DNA of 30,818 nucleotides from a virus (Duplodnaviria; Heunggongvirae; Uroviricota; Caudoviricetes): IMG/VR virus record IMGVR_UViG_2565956711_000013, positions 1 to 30,818 of that record; one strand, 5' to 3'. Shown piece by piece: positions 18,453 to 27,338 of this stretch (position 1 is its first letter; each line of letters starts with the position of its first letter). The notes under the pieces were generated by a model. It saw only the letters and a program-made list of their open reading frames with translations, ran no database searches and was not told where the DNA came from. The position numbers and the translations under genes were made by a program.

Positions 18453-19671
18453 TGGTTTTTCCCTCATCATTTTTTGGGGGCTTAAAATCTCCTGCCGGGT
18501 TAGCAGCATTCACGCTTACCAGCATCTCATCCAGCCCTTCAACCGGATTCATATCCTCGAATGCGCGGGCCTCATTACGGCTCATCCATCCATCGGTAAT
18601 AGCGAAGTGATAGAATTGCGCGCGCTCCTGCGGAGTTCCGCGTAAAAGCCCCGTCAGATTGAACCTGACGTAATACCCGGCAGCTAACTCAGCGCGGGTA
18701 AACAAGCGACGGTTAAGCTCCTGCTCCCAGTTCGTCACCCACGGCATCATCGTGTAGCGGACAAACTGAATCGCCTGCGCAGAAATATTGGAGAAGGTGG
18801 CTTTTTCGAGGTCATTAATCATGTGCGCAGGAATATTGAAAATACCGGCAATCATTGAACGGTTCAGTTTCATCATGTCAATGATCTGAGCGTCAACTGG
18901 CGACACAGTCAGTGCCTTGTAATCCAGATCGGCTGGCAGCAGCATGGTTTTGTTTTCCTGGCTGCGTAACGCCTGCGATGCCTTCTGCCACTGATCTTTA
19001 AGCCAGCCCCAGCTGTCCTTATTGAGTCCGCTTTTAACGGATACTATCCCCGCCGGACGGGCATTACCGCTGAAGAAGCTTTCTGTGTATTTCTGACCGC
19101 TCATCCCCATGCCTATTGTTTCGGCATGTTGCATAATCGGACTCAGCCCCATCTTCTGATTATTACCCAGCGCACGGATGTGGATCATATCGTCGGGGCT
19201 GATCGCAAACGCCCCATATTCGTTGTACAAACCGTAGGTGTATCGGCCACCAGTATTCATCAGCGTCGTTTCCCACGGCATACAGCAATCCAGGGATATG
19301 ACTTCACCGCGACGATTACGTTTCACCCAGGTATACCCATTCCCCCAGCCAAGGATGTGACGTTGCTTCAGTTCGCGCCATTTGTAACTGGTTTGCCAGG
19401 TATTGGGTTCATCATGAACCAGATAAAACGCCGGATGATCGCGTGCGGGCTCAACCTTCCCATTGTGCCTGCGCATAACATGCAACGGCATCTGGGCAAG
19501 GCTGGAAGACAGGACATAGATACAGGAATACACCGCAGCCAGTTTCATCGCAGTTTCAGGACTGACATAAACGTCTGCCCGGAACAGCCCATCAGTATCA
19601 ACGGCATCCCCGGTTATCGGGGTGGAAGGATTCTCCAGTGATTTACTTCTGAACAGAGCATCAAGCAGCAC
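18445..19671 (-). CDS. Portal protein, HK97 family
   Basis: 408 aa; GTG start at 19669-19671 with an AAGGGGGA RBS; downstream of the large terminase. Confidence 0.85.
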   Translation of the reverse strand: MLLDALFRSKSLENPSTPITGDAVDTDGLFRADVYVSPETAMKLAAVYSCIYVLSSSLAQMPLHVMRRHNGKVEPARDHPAFYLVHDEPNTWQTSYKWRELKQRHILGWGNGYTWVKRNRRGEVISLDCCMPWETTLMNTGGRYTYGLYNEYGAFAISPDDMIHIRALGNNQKMGLSPIMQHAETIGMGMSGQKYTESFFSGNARPAGIVSVKSGLNKDSWGWLKDQWQKASQALRSQENKTMLLPADLDYKALTVSPVDAQIIDMMKLNRSMIAGIFNIPAHMINDLEKATFSNISAQAIQFVRYTMMPWVTNWEQELNRRLFTRAELAAGYYVRFNLTGLLRGTPQERAQFYHFAITDGWMSRNEARAFEDMNPVEGLDEMLVSVNAANPAGDFKPPKNDEGKTNE

Positions 19672-19822
19672 GCGTCCCCCTTCTGGCCATAGCCAGTGCG
19701 CCCACCAGCAGTAAACCGCCGGACAGCATCAGAGCCGGAGCCATACCAAACTGCAGGTAAACCCCGCACGTAAGCAGGCCAAAACCAGCCAGCCCGATAA
19801 CATCAGCAATTAGTGATTTCAT
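19661..19822 (-). CDS. Possible small two-TM membrane protein (~53 aa) between the terminase and portal genes
   Basis: My own translation: ATG 19820-19822 overlaps the terL stop (ATGA); [53 protein letters not shown]; stop at 19661-19663 overlapping the portal start; not in the ORF track. Confidence 0.3.
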   Translation of the reverse strand: MKSLIADVIGLAGFGLLTCGVYLQFGMAPALMLSGGLLLVGALAMARRGTRAA

Positions 19823-21552
19823 AGAATTAAGAGAGCATCGTCCGGATCAAGAGATGAGAGGAAATCGTCGGGTTCTTTGAGCATTGCCCGACCGATCGCC
19901 ATAATCAGCGCAACCGCACCATCGATTTTGTTTTCCGCCTGCTCCTTGACAGGCTTCACCACATCATCGTTACCCGGAATGGTTTTGCCGACCACGTTGC
20001 CGATACACCAGGTCATGATGGGATTGCCGTCATGATGAAAGCGCCCCGATTCAATCGCCGCTTCCAGCTCTTTCATCGGATCGGACATGTTGGTGTAGTT
20101 CTGAATGATGGTGATGGGGTTCAGGTCTTCATCAGCAAGGTCATGCGACAGCCCGGTCGCCCCGAAGGGGTCGATGGGTGACTCACTGACCGGGCTGATT
20201 TTGTTCGCCTCTTTGGCCTCCTCGAGGATGTAGCGATAATCCACCTCCGCACCAGCGGTAACAGTCAGAACGCCCATTTCCACCCATTTCTGAAAGCGTT
20301 CGGCTGTCCGGCGATCTTCATTTTTCTCGACGCTGTACACCGTGTCATACGGTACCCAGAAACGCGGGGCCACACTGTAGTAATGCGTTTTACCGTCAAT
20401 CTCGCGGGTATAAAGTCGCGCCATGCTGTTCATATCCAGCTTACGCGCCAGGTCAAAGGCCAGAATGCACGGCTGCCCCTCGAACTGCTCAAGGGTCAGT
20501 GATTTATCCTCGCAGCTCTGCCAGCTCACCAGGTTGAAATACGCCGAACGCGCCGACACCCAGATATTGAGGTGTTTTGTTTTAAAGACGTTTGCCAGAC
20601 GGGCGTTATTTTTCGCACGCTGCTGCTGACTTAACAAAAATTCGCGATAAACCGACACGCCAATATTTGGATTGGCTTTTTCCAGCACCTGCGGGTCGGT
20701 CCAGTCGTCACCTTCATCAACGGTATAGATGATCCCGAACAGTTCATCGTTGGGTACCGAACCGTTGAGCATCTCGATAACTTCCCGCCGCTTGTCGTAG
20801 CACGGCCCCTCAATGTTGTACCCGGCGGTAGTGATAGCCCACATCAGTGGCTGACGTCGCGCCCCCATCCCGGTAAGCATCGTGGTGTAAAGCGCATCTG
20901 TGGCGTGCTCGTGATATTCATCCACCACGGCACAGTGGGGTGATGAACCATCACCGGGGTTACCGATCAGCGGTTCAAACCGCGCACCATCCTCCGGACG
21001 GTTCATGTTTGAGGCGTTAACCTCAATCCCGAACGCTTCCGTCAGCATGGGTGTGCGTTTACACATCAGTCGCGCCGGGCGAAAGACTTCCCACGCCTGT
21101 TTCTCTGTCGTGGCACCGGAATACACTTCCGCGCCAAACTCGTTATCACAGGCAAAACAATACAGGGCGACACCGGCAGAGATTGCCGATTTGCCGTTCT
21201 TACGGGGGATTTCGGTATACACCTCCCGGAAGCGGCGCAGCCGGGTACCTTTATTGACCCAGCCAAACGCACAGCAGATCACAAAGAGCTGCCACGGCTC
21301 CAGCGTGATGGGCATCCGTTTGAATGCCCACTCACCCTTGGTATGCGGCAACAGCTGAATAAATTTGGCGGCCCGTTCAGCCTGGTCCTTGTCGAAGCGG
21401 TAACGAAACGACTTACTTTTTTCCGCCATCAGGTCATCAAGATGGCGCTGGCAGGCCTGAATCACAAACTGGCAGGCCACAATCTTTCCGCGCACGACAT
21501 CACGGGCATACTGATTGGCTGCATTTACGTTGGGGTAAGATTTCCGGCTCAT
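19819..21552 (-). CDS. Terminase large subunit
   Basis: 577 aa with an N-terminal ATPase and C-terminal nuclease arrangement; directly downstream of the small subunit. Confidence 0.9.
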   Translation of the reverse strand: MSRKSYPNVNAANQYARDVVRGKIVACQFVIQACQRHLDDLMAEKSKSFRYRFDKDQAERAAKFIQLLPHTKGEWAFKRMPITLEPWQLFVICCAFGWVNKGTRLRRFREVYTEIPRKNGKSAISAGVALYCFACDNEFGAEVYSGATTEKQAWEVFRPARLMCKRTPMLTEAFGIEVNASNMNRPEDGARFEPLIGNPGDGSSPHCAVVDEYHEHATDALYTTMLTGMGARRQPLMWAITTAGYNIEGPCYDKRREVIEMLNGSVPNDELFGIIYTVDEGDDWTDPQVLEKANPNIGVSVYREFLLSQQQRAKNNARLANVFKTKHLNIWVSARSAYFNLVSWQSCEDKSLTLEQFEGQPCILAFDLARKLDMNSMARLYTREIDGKTHYYSVAPRFWVPYDTVYSVEKNEDRRTAERFQKWVEMGVLTVTAGAEVDYRYILEEAKEANKISPVSESPIDPFGATGLSHDLADEDLNPITIIQNYTNMSDPMKELEAAIESGRFHHDGNPIMTWCIGNVVGKTIPGNDDVVKPVKEQAENKIDGAVALIMAIGRAMLKEPDDFLSSLDPDDALLIL

Positions 21553-21565
21553 GATTCGATGATTT

Positions 21566-22051
21566 TCAGATTGTCAGAAACGGGTTAGTGGCTTTCTTCT
21601 TCCCCGCCAGGCCAATCAGACGCTGGCGGCTGCTGGGGTCGAGTCCGAGCATTGCCCCCGTGCTGCTCATCTCGGACTCCTGTTCTTTTTTGGCGGTCAG
21701 CTCCGGATTTTTGACCATGCCGCCCATTGCACCGGTGATGGTGTTGCCCTGTCTGGCAATATTTTTCACGGCACGTCGCCAGAACTCATAGGCCACGCAC
21801 CACCGCTCAAGCACCGCGAGGTCAGTCACGCACAGCAGGCCCTGACCGCAGAGTTCTTTGGTTGTCAGTTGCCACATGATCGTGGCGAGAGGGAGATCTT
21901 CTTCAGCGAACCACTCCGGTGGCTCAACACCTTTGATGGGCGTAAAAACAGGTTCATCTTTGTTCAGGGCTCGCTTGCCGGGGTTTCCGGCCAGCGCCTT
22001 GCGCGCCGTTGGCTTGGGGCGACGCCCGGAACGCCCCGCCGTTCCAGCCAT
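21566..22051 (-). CDS. Terminase small subunit
   Basis: Track ORF 21566..22060; ATG at 22049-22051 has AGGAG 8 nt upstream; basic N-terminus; directly upstream of the large terminase. Confidence 0.7.
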   Translation of the reverse strand: MAGTAGRSGRRPKPTARKALAGNPGKRALNKDEPVFTPIKGVEPPEWFAEEDLPLATIMWQLTTKELCGQGLLCVTDLAVLERWCVAYEFWRRAVKNIARQGNTITGAMGGMVKNPELTAKKEQESEMSSTGAMLGLDPSSRQRLIGLAGKKKATNPFLTI

Positions 22052-22094
22052 ATGCGGCACTCCTGGTTAAATTTCATTTTTCGCGGGTATAAAA

Positions 22095-22155
22095 AAACGA
22101 TGGGGCGGGCAGTCCGGAAGGCGGGCGGGCGCAGAGATTTACCCCCCCCCTCCCT
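22095..22155. other. Candidate DNA-packaging (cos-like) region
   Basis: HNH-to-terminase intergenic region carrying direct GGGCGGGC repeats (22103-22110, 22123-22130), a C9 homopolymer (22142-22150) and an A-rich tract (22091-22097). Confidence 0.3.
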
Positions 22156-22180
22156 GGCTGCCATCAGATGCGACTGATTA

Positions 22181-22531
22181 TTACTTGAGTCTTTCTCGCG
22201 CCGTCTTGGCGGCGTGGCACGACCAGCACAGGCTTTCAAGATTGCTGTCTTCATCAGTGCCGCCGTGAGCCTTCGCCTTGATGTGGTCCACACAGGAGGC
22301 CTGCTTCACTATCCCCTGACGAAGGTGGTTCTGACACAGCGCTTTGTCGCGCTTAAGTATCCGCTCCCGGATGACTTCCCACTTTGTTCCATATCCGCGC
22401 TGCTGGCGCGATTGACCTGGCTTGTAGGATTTCCAGCCTTCACCTTTGTGATTTTCACAATAGCCAGATGGGTCTGTTGTAGTGTTCCGACAGCCGCGAA
22501 CGCGACAAGCCTTCGGTGTGCGTGGTGGCAT
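22181..22531 (-). CDS. HNH endonuclease (packaging-associated)
   Basis: Track ORF 22181..22618; likely start at ATG 22529-22531 (MPPRTPKACRVRGC) with an AGGAG RBS; Cys/His-rich HNH-type motifs; typical position just upstream of the terminase in HK97-like phages. Confidence 0.8.
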   Translation of the reverse strand: MPPRTPKACRVRGCRNTTTDPSGYCENHKGEGWKSYKPGQSRQQRGYGTKWEVIRERILKRDKALCQNHLRQGIVKQASCVDHIKAKAHGGTDEDSNLESLCWSCHAAKTARERLK

Positions 22532-22670
22532 AATTACTCCTACGCAAATCCTTTTTATACATAATGTTAAAGATTTACAGATTGGTTCAAAAAAGCTGAG
22601 CACTATCTTGATGATCACCTTAGGAAAATTCTGGTAATATCATCAAAGTTAATCTACTGAGGCATGATAA

Positions 22671-23012
22671 ATGACTGTAAAAATAGGCCGAATTGTGGCT
22701 AAGGATTGTGGTATTGGGCTTCGCATTTCTGGAGATAATATCGAAATAGATTCTTTCCATGGCGAAGATATTAAAGGTGAAGCGGTTATCATAGAGTCAC
22801 ACGCAGACACTTTAATCAAAGACCTACTTGCAATTAAAGAAGCTGAGATATCGTTACGACTGGCAAAATCTGAATTAGAAAATTTACAACGGCAAGAAAT
22901 AACGGTCAGAAGAGCACACGAAATATTCAGCGCTGCTGGTTTATCAAAGTGGCTTAAGGTAGGAACTGACCTTGTTCAACTTGCTACTGCGATAATTAAA
23001 ATGTCGGCGTAA
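22671..23012 (+). CDS. Hypothetical protein, 113 aa, opposite strand to the late operon
   Basis: Only plus-strand gene inside the minus-strand late region; AT-rich; candidate extended -10 promoter TGGTAATAT (about 22634-22642) and RBS GAGG; no family recognised. Confidence 0.5.
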   Translation: MTVKIGRIVAKDCGIGLRISGDNIEIDSFHGEDIKGEAVIIESHADTLIKDLLAIKEAEISLRLAKSELENLQRQEITVRRAHEIFSAAGLSKWLKVGTDLVQLATAIIKMSA

Positions 23013-23064
23013 TATGCACTCAGGTTATGAATAATTAGACCTTGCAGAACCAGCTATAAGCCCA

Positions 23065-23259
23065 CTAATCGAGTTGTAACACACCGTGTTCCAGTGACTC
23101 GGAATAGGCAATCAGCCCGGTGTACTCAGGGATAACCTCACCATCGTCCGCTTCGAACTCAGGGATTGTCCCGGTAGTGATAGTGTATTGTGGCTGACCA
23201 TCTTCTTTAGCGAATGCTGCCAGGTCTTCAATCTGCTTTGCTGTAAGAACTACTGTCAT
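23065..23259 (-). CDS. Hypothetical small acidic protein (~64 aa)
   Basis: Track ORF 23065..23265; second ATG (23257-23259) has a GAGGA RBS at good spacing; convergent with the 22671..23012 gene; no family recognised. Confidence 0.4.
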   Translation of the reverse strand: MTVVLTAKQIEDLAAFAKEDGQPQYTITTGTIPEFEADDGEVIPEYTGLIAYSESLEHGVLQLD

Positions 23260-23288
23260 GCTCATTCCTCAGTTGTTAAAAAGCCCCG

Positions 23289-23546
23289 CTATTGCGAGGC
23301 TCGAGATGTTTCGATTTCCCTGATGCTGGCCTTATCGATGTTGCACTGACCCAGCGCCGACAGAAGGCTCACATTCAGATCCAGACTGGCCCCGTAGGTC
23401 AGCGGGTCTGGAATGGCTGGCTGTGGCGTTTCAGTAGTCAGGTTTGCTGGCAACGGTACCGCCGGAACCGGTACGTAAACTGTCCGCGTACTTCCGCAAC
23501 CGGTCAGCAGCGGCAGCAGGCACAGGACGTGAAGCACAATCATCAT
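23289..23546 (-). CDS. o-spanin (Rz1-like outer-membrane lipoprotein), overlapping Rz in another frame
   Basis: Track ORF 23289..23612; likely start at the MM pair (ATG 23544-23546); signal peptide with lipobox LLTGC; Pro-rich mature part. Confidence 0.6.
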   Translation of the reverse strand: MMIVLHVLCLLPLLTGCGSTRTVYVPVPAVPLPANLTTETPQPAIPDPLTYGASLDLNVSLLSALGQCNIDKASIREIETSRASQ

Positions 23547-23823
23547 CCGCAACAGCCACTTTGATATCTTCCTGGGTTCTCTGTGACTCCAGTGCGATCT
23601 GCTGTTTTGCATGTTGATTCGCCTCCTGAATGATGTTCGTTATTGCCATAGTACGCAGAACATTCGCGGTGATAGCCTCAGTCGAATCAGCTCGCTGTTC
23701 CGCAGCATCAGCACGCTTCTGCTCCTCCAGAAACTTTCCATGATAGTGATTCGCTGACCAGACAAGACCACCAGCGACACAAGCAATAAACGTGAAAATG
23801 AGCGCCCAATAACTCATCTTCAT
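23431..23823 (-). CDS. i-spanin (Rz-like)
   Basis: 130 aa; N-terminal TM segment then charged coiled-coil-like region; directly after the endolysin. Confidence 0.65.
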   Translation of the reverse strand: MKMSYWALIFTFIACVAGGLVWSANHYHGKFLEEQKRADAAEQRADSTEAITANVLRTMAITNIIQEANQHAKQQIALESQRTQEDIKVAVADDDCASRPVPAAAADRLRKYADSLRTGSGGTVASKPDY

Positions 23824-24434
23824 ACCAGCAGCGCCGCCCGCGCCTTGTTGTATCGAACCTTACGATCCTCAATACCGTTCAGACCGCCGTTAATGATGCG
23901 CGTAACACGATTAATATCGGCACCGTAGACCATGCAGCCTTTAGAGGTGTAGAACCATGCAGCTGAGCGCGCGGCCTGTAGCTCCTGCTCCAGTTGTTCA
24001 GGTGAGGTCACCAGATCTAACTTCAGCGCCGCGCCACAGATGCGATAATTATGAAGGCCAGTGATTTGAATTAATCCTCTACCACGATATTTCCAGCCAT
24101 CACCGGGTGCTTTGTTACCCAGTCGGTTGCTATACACCAGATTGGCAATAGCATCCTGACGAGCTGCATGTCCGGATGTTCTGCCAAGGGCATCAGCCTG
24201 CTGCTGTGTGATCCTCTTTCCGAACGTCGCCACCAGCGCAGATGGTGTGTAGTTAAAATTTTCAACTACGGCGCTAAACCCCATCGACTCATGGCCTACC
24301 TGAGCGATAAACATTGCCTGATCCGCTGGTGCTGTAATGCCGAATTCCTTCATCGCCACATCAATGTGCGGAAACCAGCGCGCAGCCAGCCCGGCGCTAA
24401 TACCAGCCGCCTTTTGAAATAATTGTTGGTTCAT
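23820..24434 (-). CDS. Endolysin, glycoside hydrolase family 19 (chitinase-like)
   Basis: 204 aa; GH19-like motifs as I recall them (GRGLIQITG, FIAQVGHES); follows the holin-like genes. Confidence 0.8.
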   Translation of the reverse strand: MNQQLFQKAAGISAGLAARWFPHIDVAMKEFGITAPADQAMFIAQVGHESMGFSAVVENFNYTPSALVATFGKRITQQQADALGRTSGHAARQDAIANLVYSNRLGNKAPGDGWKYRGRGLIQITGLHNYRICGAALKLDLVTSPEQLEQELQAARSAAWFYTSKGCMVYGADINRVTRIINGGLNGIEDRKVRYNKARAALLV

Positions 24435-24715
24435 TAGTGCCTCAGATGATCAACCAGACGTGCAACGTTGCCTCTGACGGCCACCAGCACGGAAAGAAAA
24501 ATAGTGTTCGCCACGATAATGGGCCATGAGGAATGGGGATAAATCCCACAGAGATAGGCCAACGGAACAGCACTGTATGTAACAGTAATCAGCCAGGCTA
24601 AACGTGAAACCCAAGGACGATGCCGCGAATCACCACGACGATAAAACATCAGAGTAATAACAACACAAGCACATAACAGCGCATTTATAGTTGCTGTCGG
24701 GTCATTTAGCTCCAC
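24434..24715 (-). CDS. Holin-like membrane protein, 93 aa
   Basis: Three predicted hydrophobic segments; immediately upstream of the endolysin. Confidence 0.55.
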   Translation of the reverse strand: MELNDPTATINALLCACVVITLMFYRRGDSRHRPWVSRLAWLITVTYSAVPLAYLCGIYPHSSWPIIVANTIFLSVLVAVRGNVARLVDHLRH

Positions 24716-25088
24716 CTGAACCTCCCCGGCGCGTTATGAGCGCCACCAGCGAGCCGATATCCTGATTATTCAGGAACGTCAGGATTTTAACGGCTAAAGC
24801 AGAGACGATTACGGCACCAATAGCATCCAGAGGTTTATCACTGTATCCGGTCAAGTTCGCCAGCTTGGAGCCAACCAACCCAGAGCAAAGAATCCCGGCA
24901 ATATATGACACGATAAAATATGCCAGTCGGCGCGATGCACTCAGATCTGCTGCTGTTGCTATGTAGAATACAGCCCCTGCAAATGCGCCAAATACAACGC
25001 CGTAATCAGTTCCGGTCAGCAGTCCATAAACACTGGCCCCCGTCAGGGCACCACCAGCCAGCCCAGTACCGGAAATCGGATCGGACAT
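24702..25088 (-). CDS. Holin-like membrane protein, 128 aa (Gly-rich, multi-TM)
   Basis: Gly/Ala-rich protein with about three hydrophobic segments; first gene of the lysis cassette; 14-nt overlap with the next holin-like gene. Confidence 0.55.
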   Translation of the reverse strand: MSDPISGTGLAGGALTGASVYGLLTGTDYGVVFGAFAGAVFYIATAADLSASRRLAYFIVSYIAGILCSGLVGSKLANLTGYSDKPLDAIGAVIVSALAVKILTFLNNQDIGSLVALITRRGGSGGAK

Positions 25089-25167
25089 TTAGCCCCCTCT
25101 TAATTGCTGTTGGTCCTCTCAGATATGAGGGGAAGGGATCTTAATGACAGTCTGTTTATTATTTCAG

Positions 25168-25425
25168 TCAAACACTACCCTGTTGATGATTTCTCAGAAG
25201 CGAACTTGACTCCCAAGGGAAACTCAACTTTCCGTAAAAACCACCAGCAGACATTCGTTCAATTTCCACAGAAATATCACTGAGCCGTTCTTCAAGCTCT
25301 GCTTTTTCTTTTACCAGACGGTTATAGCGGCTTAGATGAAGCTTTTGCTGCTCCAGCCAGTCTTCAAGCTGTTCAACAGTCATACCAGGGTTAAAAAAAT
25401 ATGGCTGCTGCTTTTCGCCCTGCAT
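25168..25425 (-). CDS. Hypothetical 85-aa protein between tR' and the lysis genes
   Basis: Track ORF 25168..25494 runs across the terminator; the internal ATG 25423-25425 has a GGAGG RBS; product MQGEKQQPYFFNPGMTVEQLEDW...; no family recognised. Confidence 0.45.
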   Translation of the reverse strand: MQGEKQQPYFFNPGMTVEQLEDWLEQQKLHLSRYNRLVKEKAELEERLSDISVEIERMSAGGFYGKLSFPWESSSLLRNHQQGSV

Positions 25426-25444
25426 TATTGACCTCCAGAAAAGC

Positions 25445-25466
25445 AAAAACCCCGCCGAAGCGAGGT
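25445..25466 (-). terminator. tR'-like rho-independent terminator downstream of Q
   Basis: Minus RNA CCUCGC-UUCG-GCGGGG (one G-U pair, UUCG tetraloop) followed by UUUUU (plus 25445-25449). Confidence 0.6.
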
Positions 25467-25506
25467 TTGTTATGATTTCGTTAACGGCAGACATACAAAG
25501 CCCATC

Positions 25507-25544
25507 GTTAGGAGAATCCTAACCAGATTTTTTGAAAAATGCAA
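25507..25544 (-). promoter_or_regulatory. Candidate late promoter (PR'-like) with overlapping inverted repeat
   Basis: Minus strand -35 TTGCAT (plus 25539-25544), 17-bp spacer, -10 TAGGAT (plus 25516-25521); inverted repeat gttagga-gaa-tcctaac at 25507-25523; lies between the Q stop and the terminator. Confidence 0.3.
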
Positions 25545-25575
25545 GAATCATGTCGCTATCTTCGGTGAAAATCAT

Positions 25576-26328
25576 TCATCTCGTCACTTTTCTTAATTGC
25601 GCCTCAGCATATGCTTCTTCCTGCCAGCACTTTGTCACCAGTTTATCAATGACATCTGCATATCCTTTGTACCACTGATAATCCGTCAGGTCTGGTACCA
25701 GCTTCTGGACATGATGCCGCGCCAGTGTGGTTGGTAAACGGCTAAACCGGTTTCCATTGCAACGCCCACAAATCTTATAAACAGGCGTGCCATGAAGCCG
25801 GGTCCTTTTTTCATCCAGGACAATACCTTTACCCTTACACCCTCTGCACGCTGTGCTGACTTCTCCCTTACCATGACAATGCTGACATAGTTCCTTCACC
25901 CACTCCTCCTTGATAACAGATTCACCGCTTCTGGAGTGTTTCACCACTTCGCGCAATACATTATGAAATCCAGTACCAGCACAATGCTCACAGCGAGCCT
26001 TACTTGCCGCAGACCTGGAATAATCAGCAAAGGCAAAATTCACAAGGTAAGGAATGATCTGTAGCCGGGTTTCTTCACTCAATTTATTCAATGTCGGGTT
26101 ATCCAGTGCCATCGCGTAATTGAGCAGACCTTCAATCGCAAACTGAGGATCCTGAACACCAACTTTTGCCAGGAATAAGGCAAACCCAAGAGGTGCTTTC
26201 GACTGCACCATCCCTTGCGCAGCCATTACATCCGTAATTGTTAAACCACCAGAGCCTGTCGCCGGTGCGTCATCGCTCAGTTTTGGAGATTTCGGGGAGT
26301 AATATTTCGGTAAGGCTTCAAGGTTCAT
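25576..26328 (-). CDS. Late-gene antitermination protein Q
   Basis: 250 aa with Cys-rich zinc-binding motifs (CEHCAGTG, CQHCHGKG, CRGCKGKG, CGRCNG); resembles Q proteins of E. coli lambdoid prophages; sits immediately upstream of the promoter-terminator-lysis arrangement. Confidence 0.8.
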   Translation of the reverse strand: MNLEALPKYYSPKSPKLSDDAPATGSGGLTITDVMAAQGMVQSKAPLGFALFLAKVGVQDPQFAIEGLLNYAMALDNPTLNKLSEETRLQIIPYLVNFAFADYSRSAASKARCEHCAGTGFHNVLREVVKHSRSGESVIKEEWVKELCQHCHGKGEVSTACRGCKGKGIVLDEKRTRLHGTPVYKICGRCNGNRFSRLPTTLARHHVQKLVPDLTDYQWYKGYADVIDKLVTKCWQEEAYAEAQLRKVTR

Positions 26329-26341
26329 GCTCGTTCTCCAC

Positions 26342-27337
26342 TTACGCCAGTACGCCTATTGCCAGCGCACGATCGATAAAACGAAATATCAGCTCCAGCT
26401 GGGAGCCATACTTCTCTTCAAATGCCACGGTATCCGCATGCAGCTCGTCGTGATGCTTTCTGCACAAAGGCAACACAAAGAGGTCATGCGCTTTTGTTCC
26501 CATTCCCCCCTGACCGTGACCTATCAGGTGGTGGGGATCATCAGCGGGCTTTCCACAACATGCACACGGCTGTGTCTTAACCCAGCGCGTGTACTTTTCA
26601 TTAACCCAGCGGCGACGTTTTGGGCGTAACATAAAAGACTCCGGCGACTCCGGATCCACTTTCAGCGCCAGCACCTTTTTTGCCTTATCCTGGATGATGC
26701 TGGTGGCAGGAACCGAAGGCACAAGGTCACTTTCCCGGGTGACAGACGGCACAACAGGCTTTGGTAATCTCAGTGCCTTACGGGCTGCACTTTCCGGTAA
26801 GGCATCCGCCAGGTCATTACGAATCAGCCACCAGCACAGTTCCGGCATTGTCACAACGTGACTGTCATCAAAACCGAGATCCCGACGTACAACAGACAAC
26901 ACCCAGCGGGCACAGTTATCCGTTGCCATTGATTCCAGCCGTTCCGTGAACTGATCGCGCAACTGGTTATCGCAGTGCCAGCACAGACGGATTGCGCCCG
27001 GCGCGTGTCGCATTGTTGTCATGTTCTCGCTGTGCCAGTCGGAATGAGGCCACTGGCAGCCTTTTTCACGAAGTAACCAGCTTTCAAGACATTCCACGCC
27101 ACCAGCACGACGAATCACTGCCTCATTGCGGAACACGGCCCGAACGGCAGGATCATCCGCCAGCGGTTGTGATGCCGCCGGAACGGCACCACTGGCGAAA
27201 GATGAATAACGTTCCGGCTCAGGCTCCAGCAGGACACGCCCCTGCATAAACAGGGGCATCAGCTCTGAACCTGGTCTGAACAATACGATCCCCATACGCG
27301 GGGCAATTTCAGGGGTCAGTAGTGCTCTCACGGTCAC
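26342..27337 (-). CDS. Nin-region protein with C-terminal HNH/His-Me-finger-like motif
   Basis: 331 aa; C-terminus CACCGKPADDPHHLIGHG...PLCRKHHDELH suggests an HNH-type zinc-finger nuclease fold; N-terminal domain unassigned. Confidence 0.5.
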   Translation of the reverse strand: MTVRALLTPEIAPRMGIVLFRPGSELMPLFMQGRVLLEPEPERYSSFASGAVPAASQPLADDPAVRAVFRNEAVIRRAGGVECLESWLLREKGCQWPHSDWHSENMTTMRHAPGAIRLCWHCDNQLRDQFTERLESMATDNCARWVLSVVRRDLGFDDSHVVTMPELCWWLIRNDLADALPESAARKALRLPKPVVPSVTRESDLVPSVPATSIIQDKAKKVLALKVDPESPESFMLRPKRRRWVNEKYTRWVKTQPCACCGKPADDPHHLIGHGQGGMGTKAHDLFVLPLCRKHHDELHADTVAFEEKYGSQLELIFRFIDRALAIGVLA

Positions 27338-27338
27338 C

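Noticed and set aside
22142-22150. C9 homopolymer considered as a phase-variable switch
   Set aside because: It is intergenic and not positioned in a coding sequence or at an obvious promoter spacer; more likely part of the packaging-site region, so kept only within that finding.
25426-25494. N-terminal 23-aa extension of the small ORF after Q
   Set aside because: It would be read across the tR'-like hairpin; the internal ATG with a GGAGG RBS lies just downstream of the terminator.
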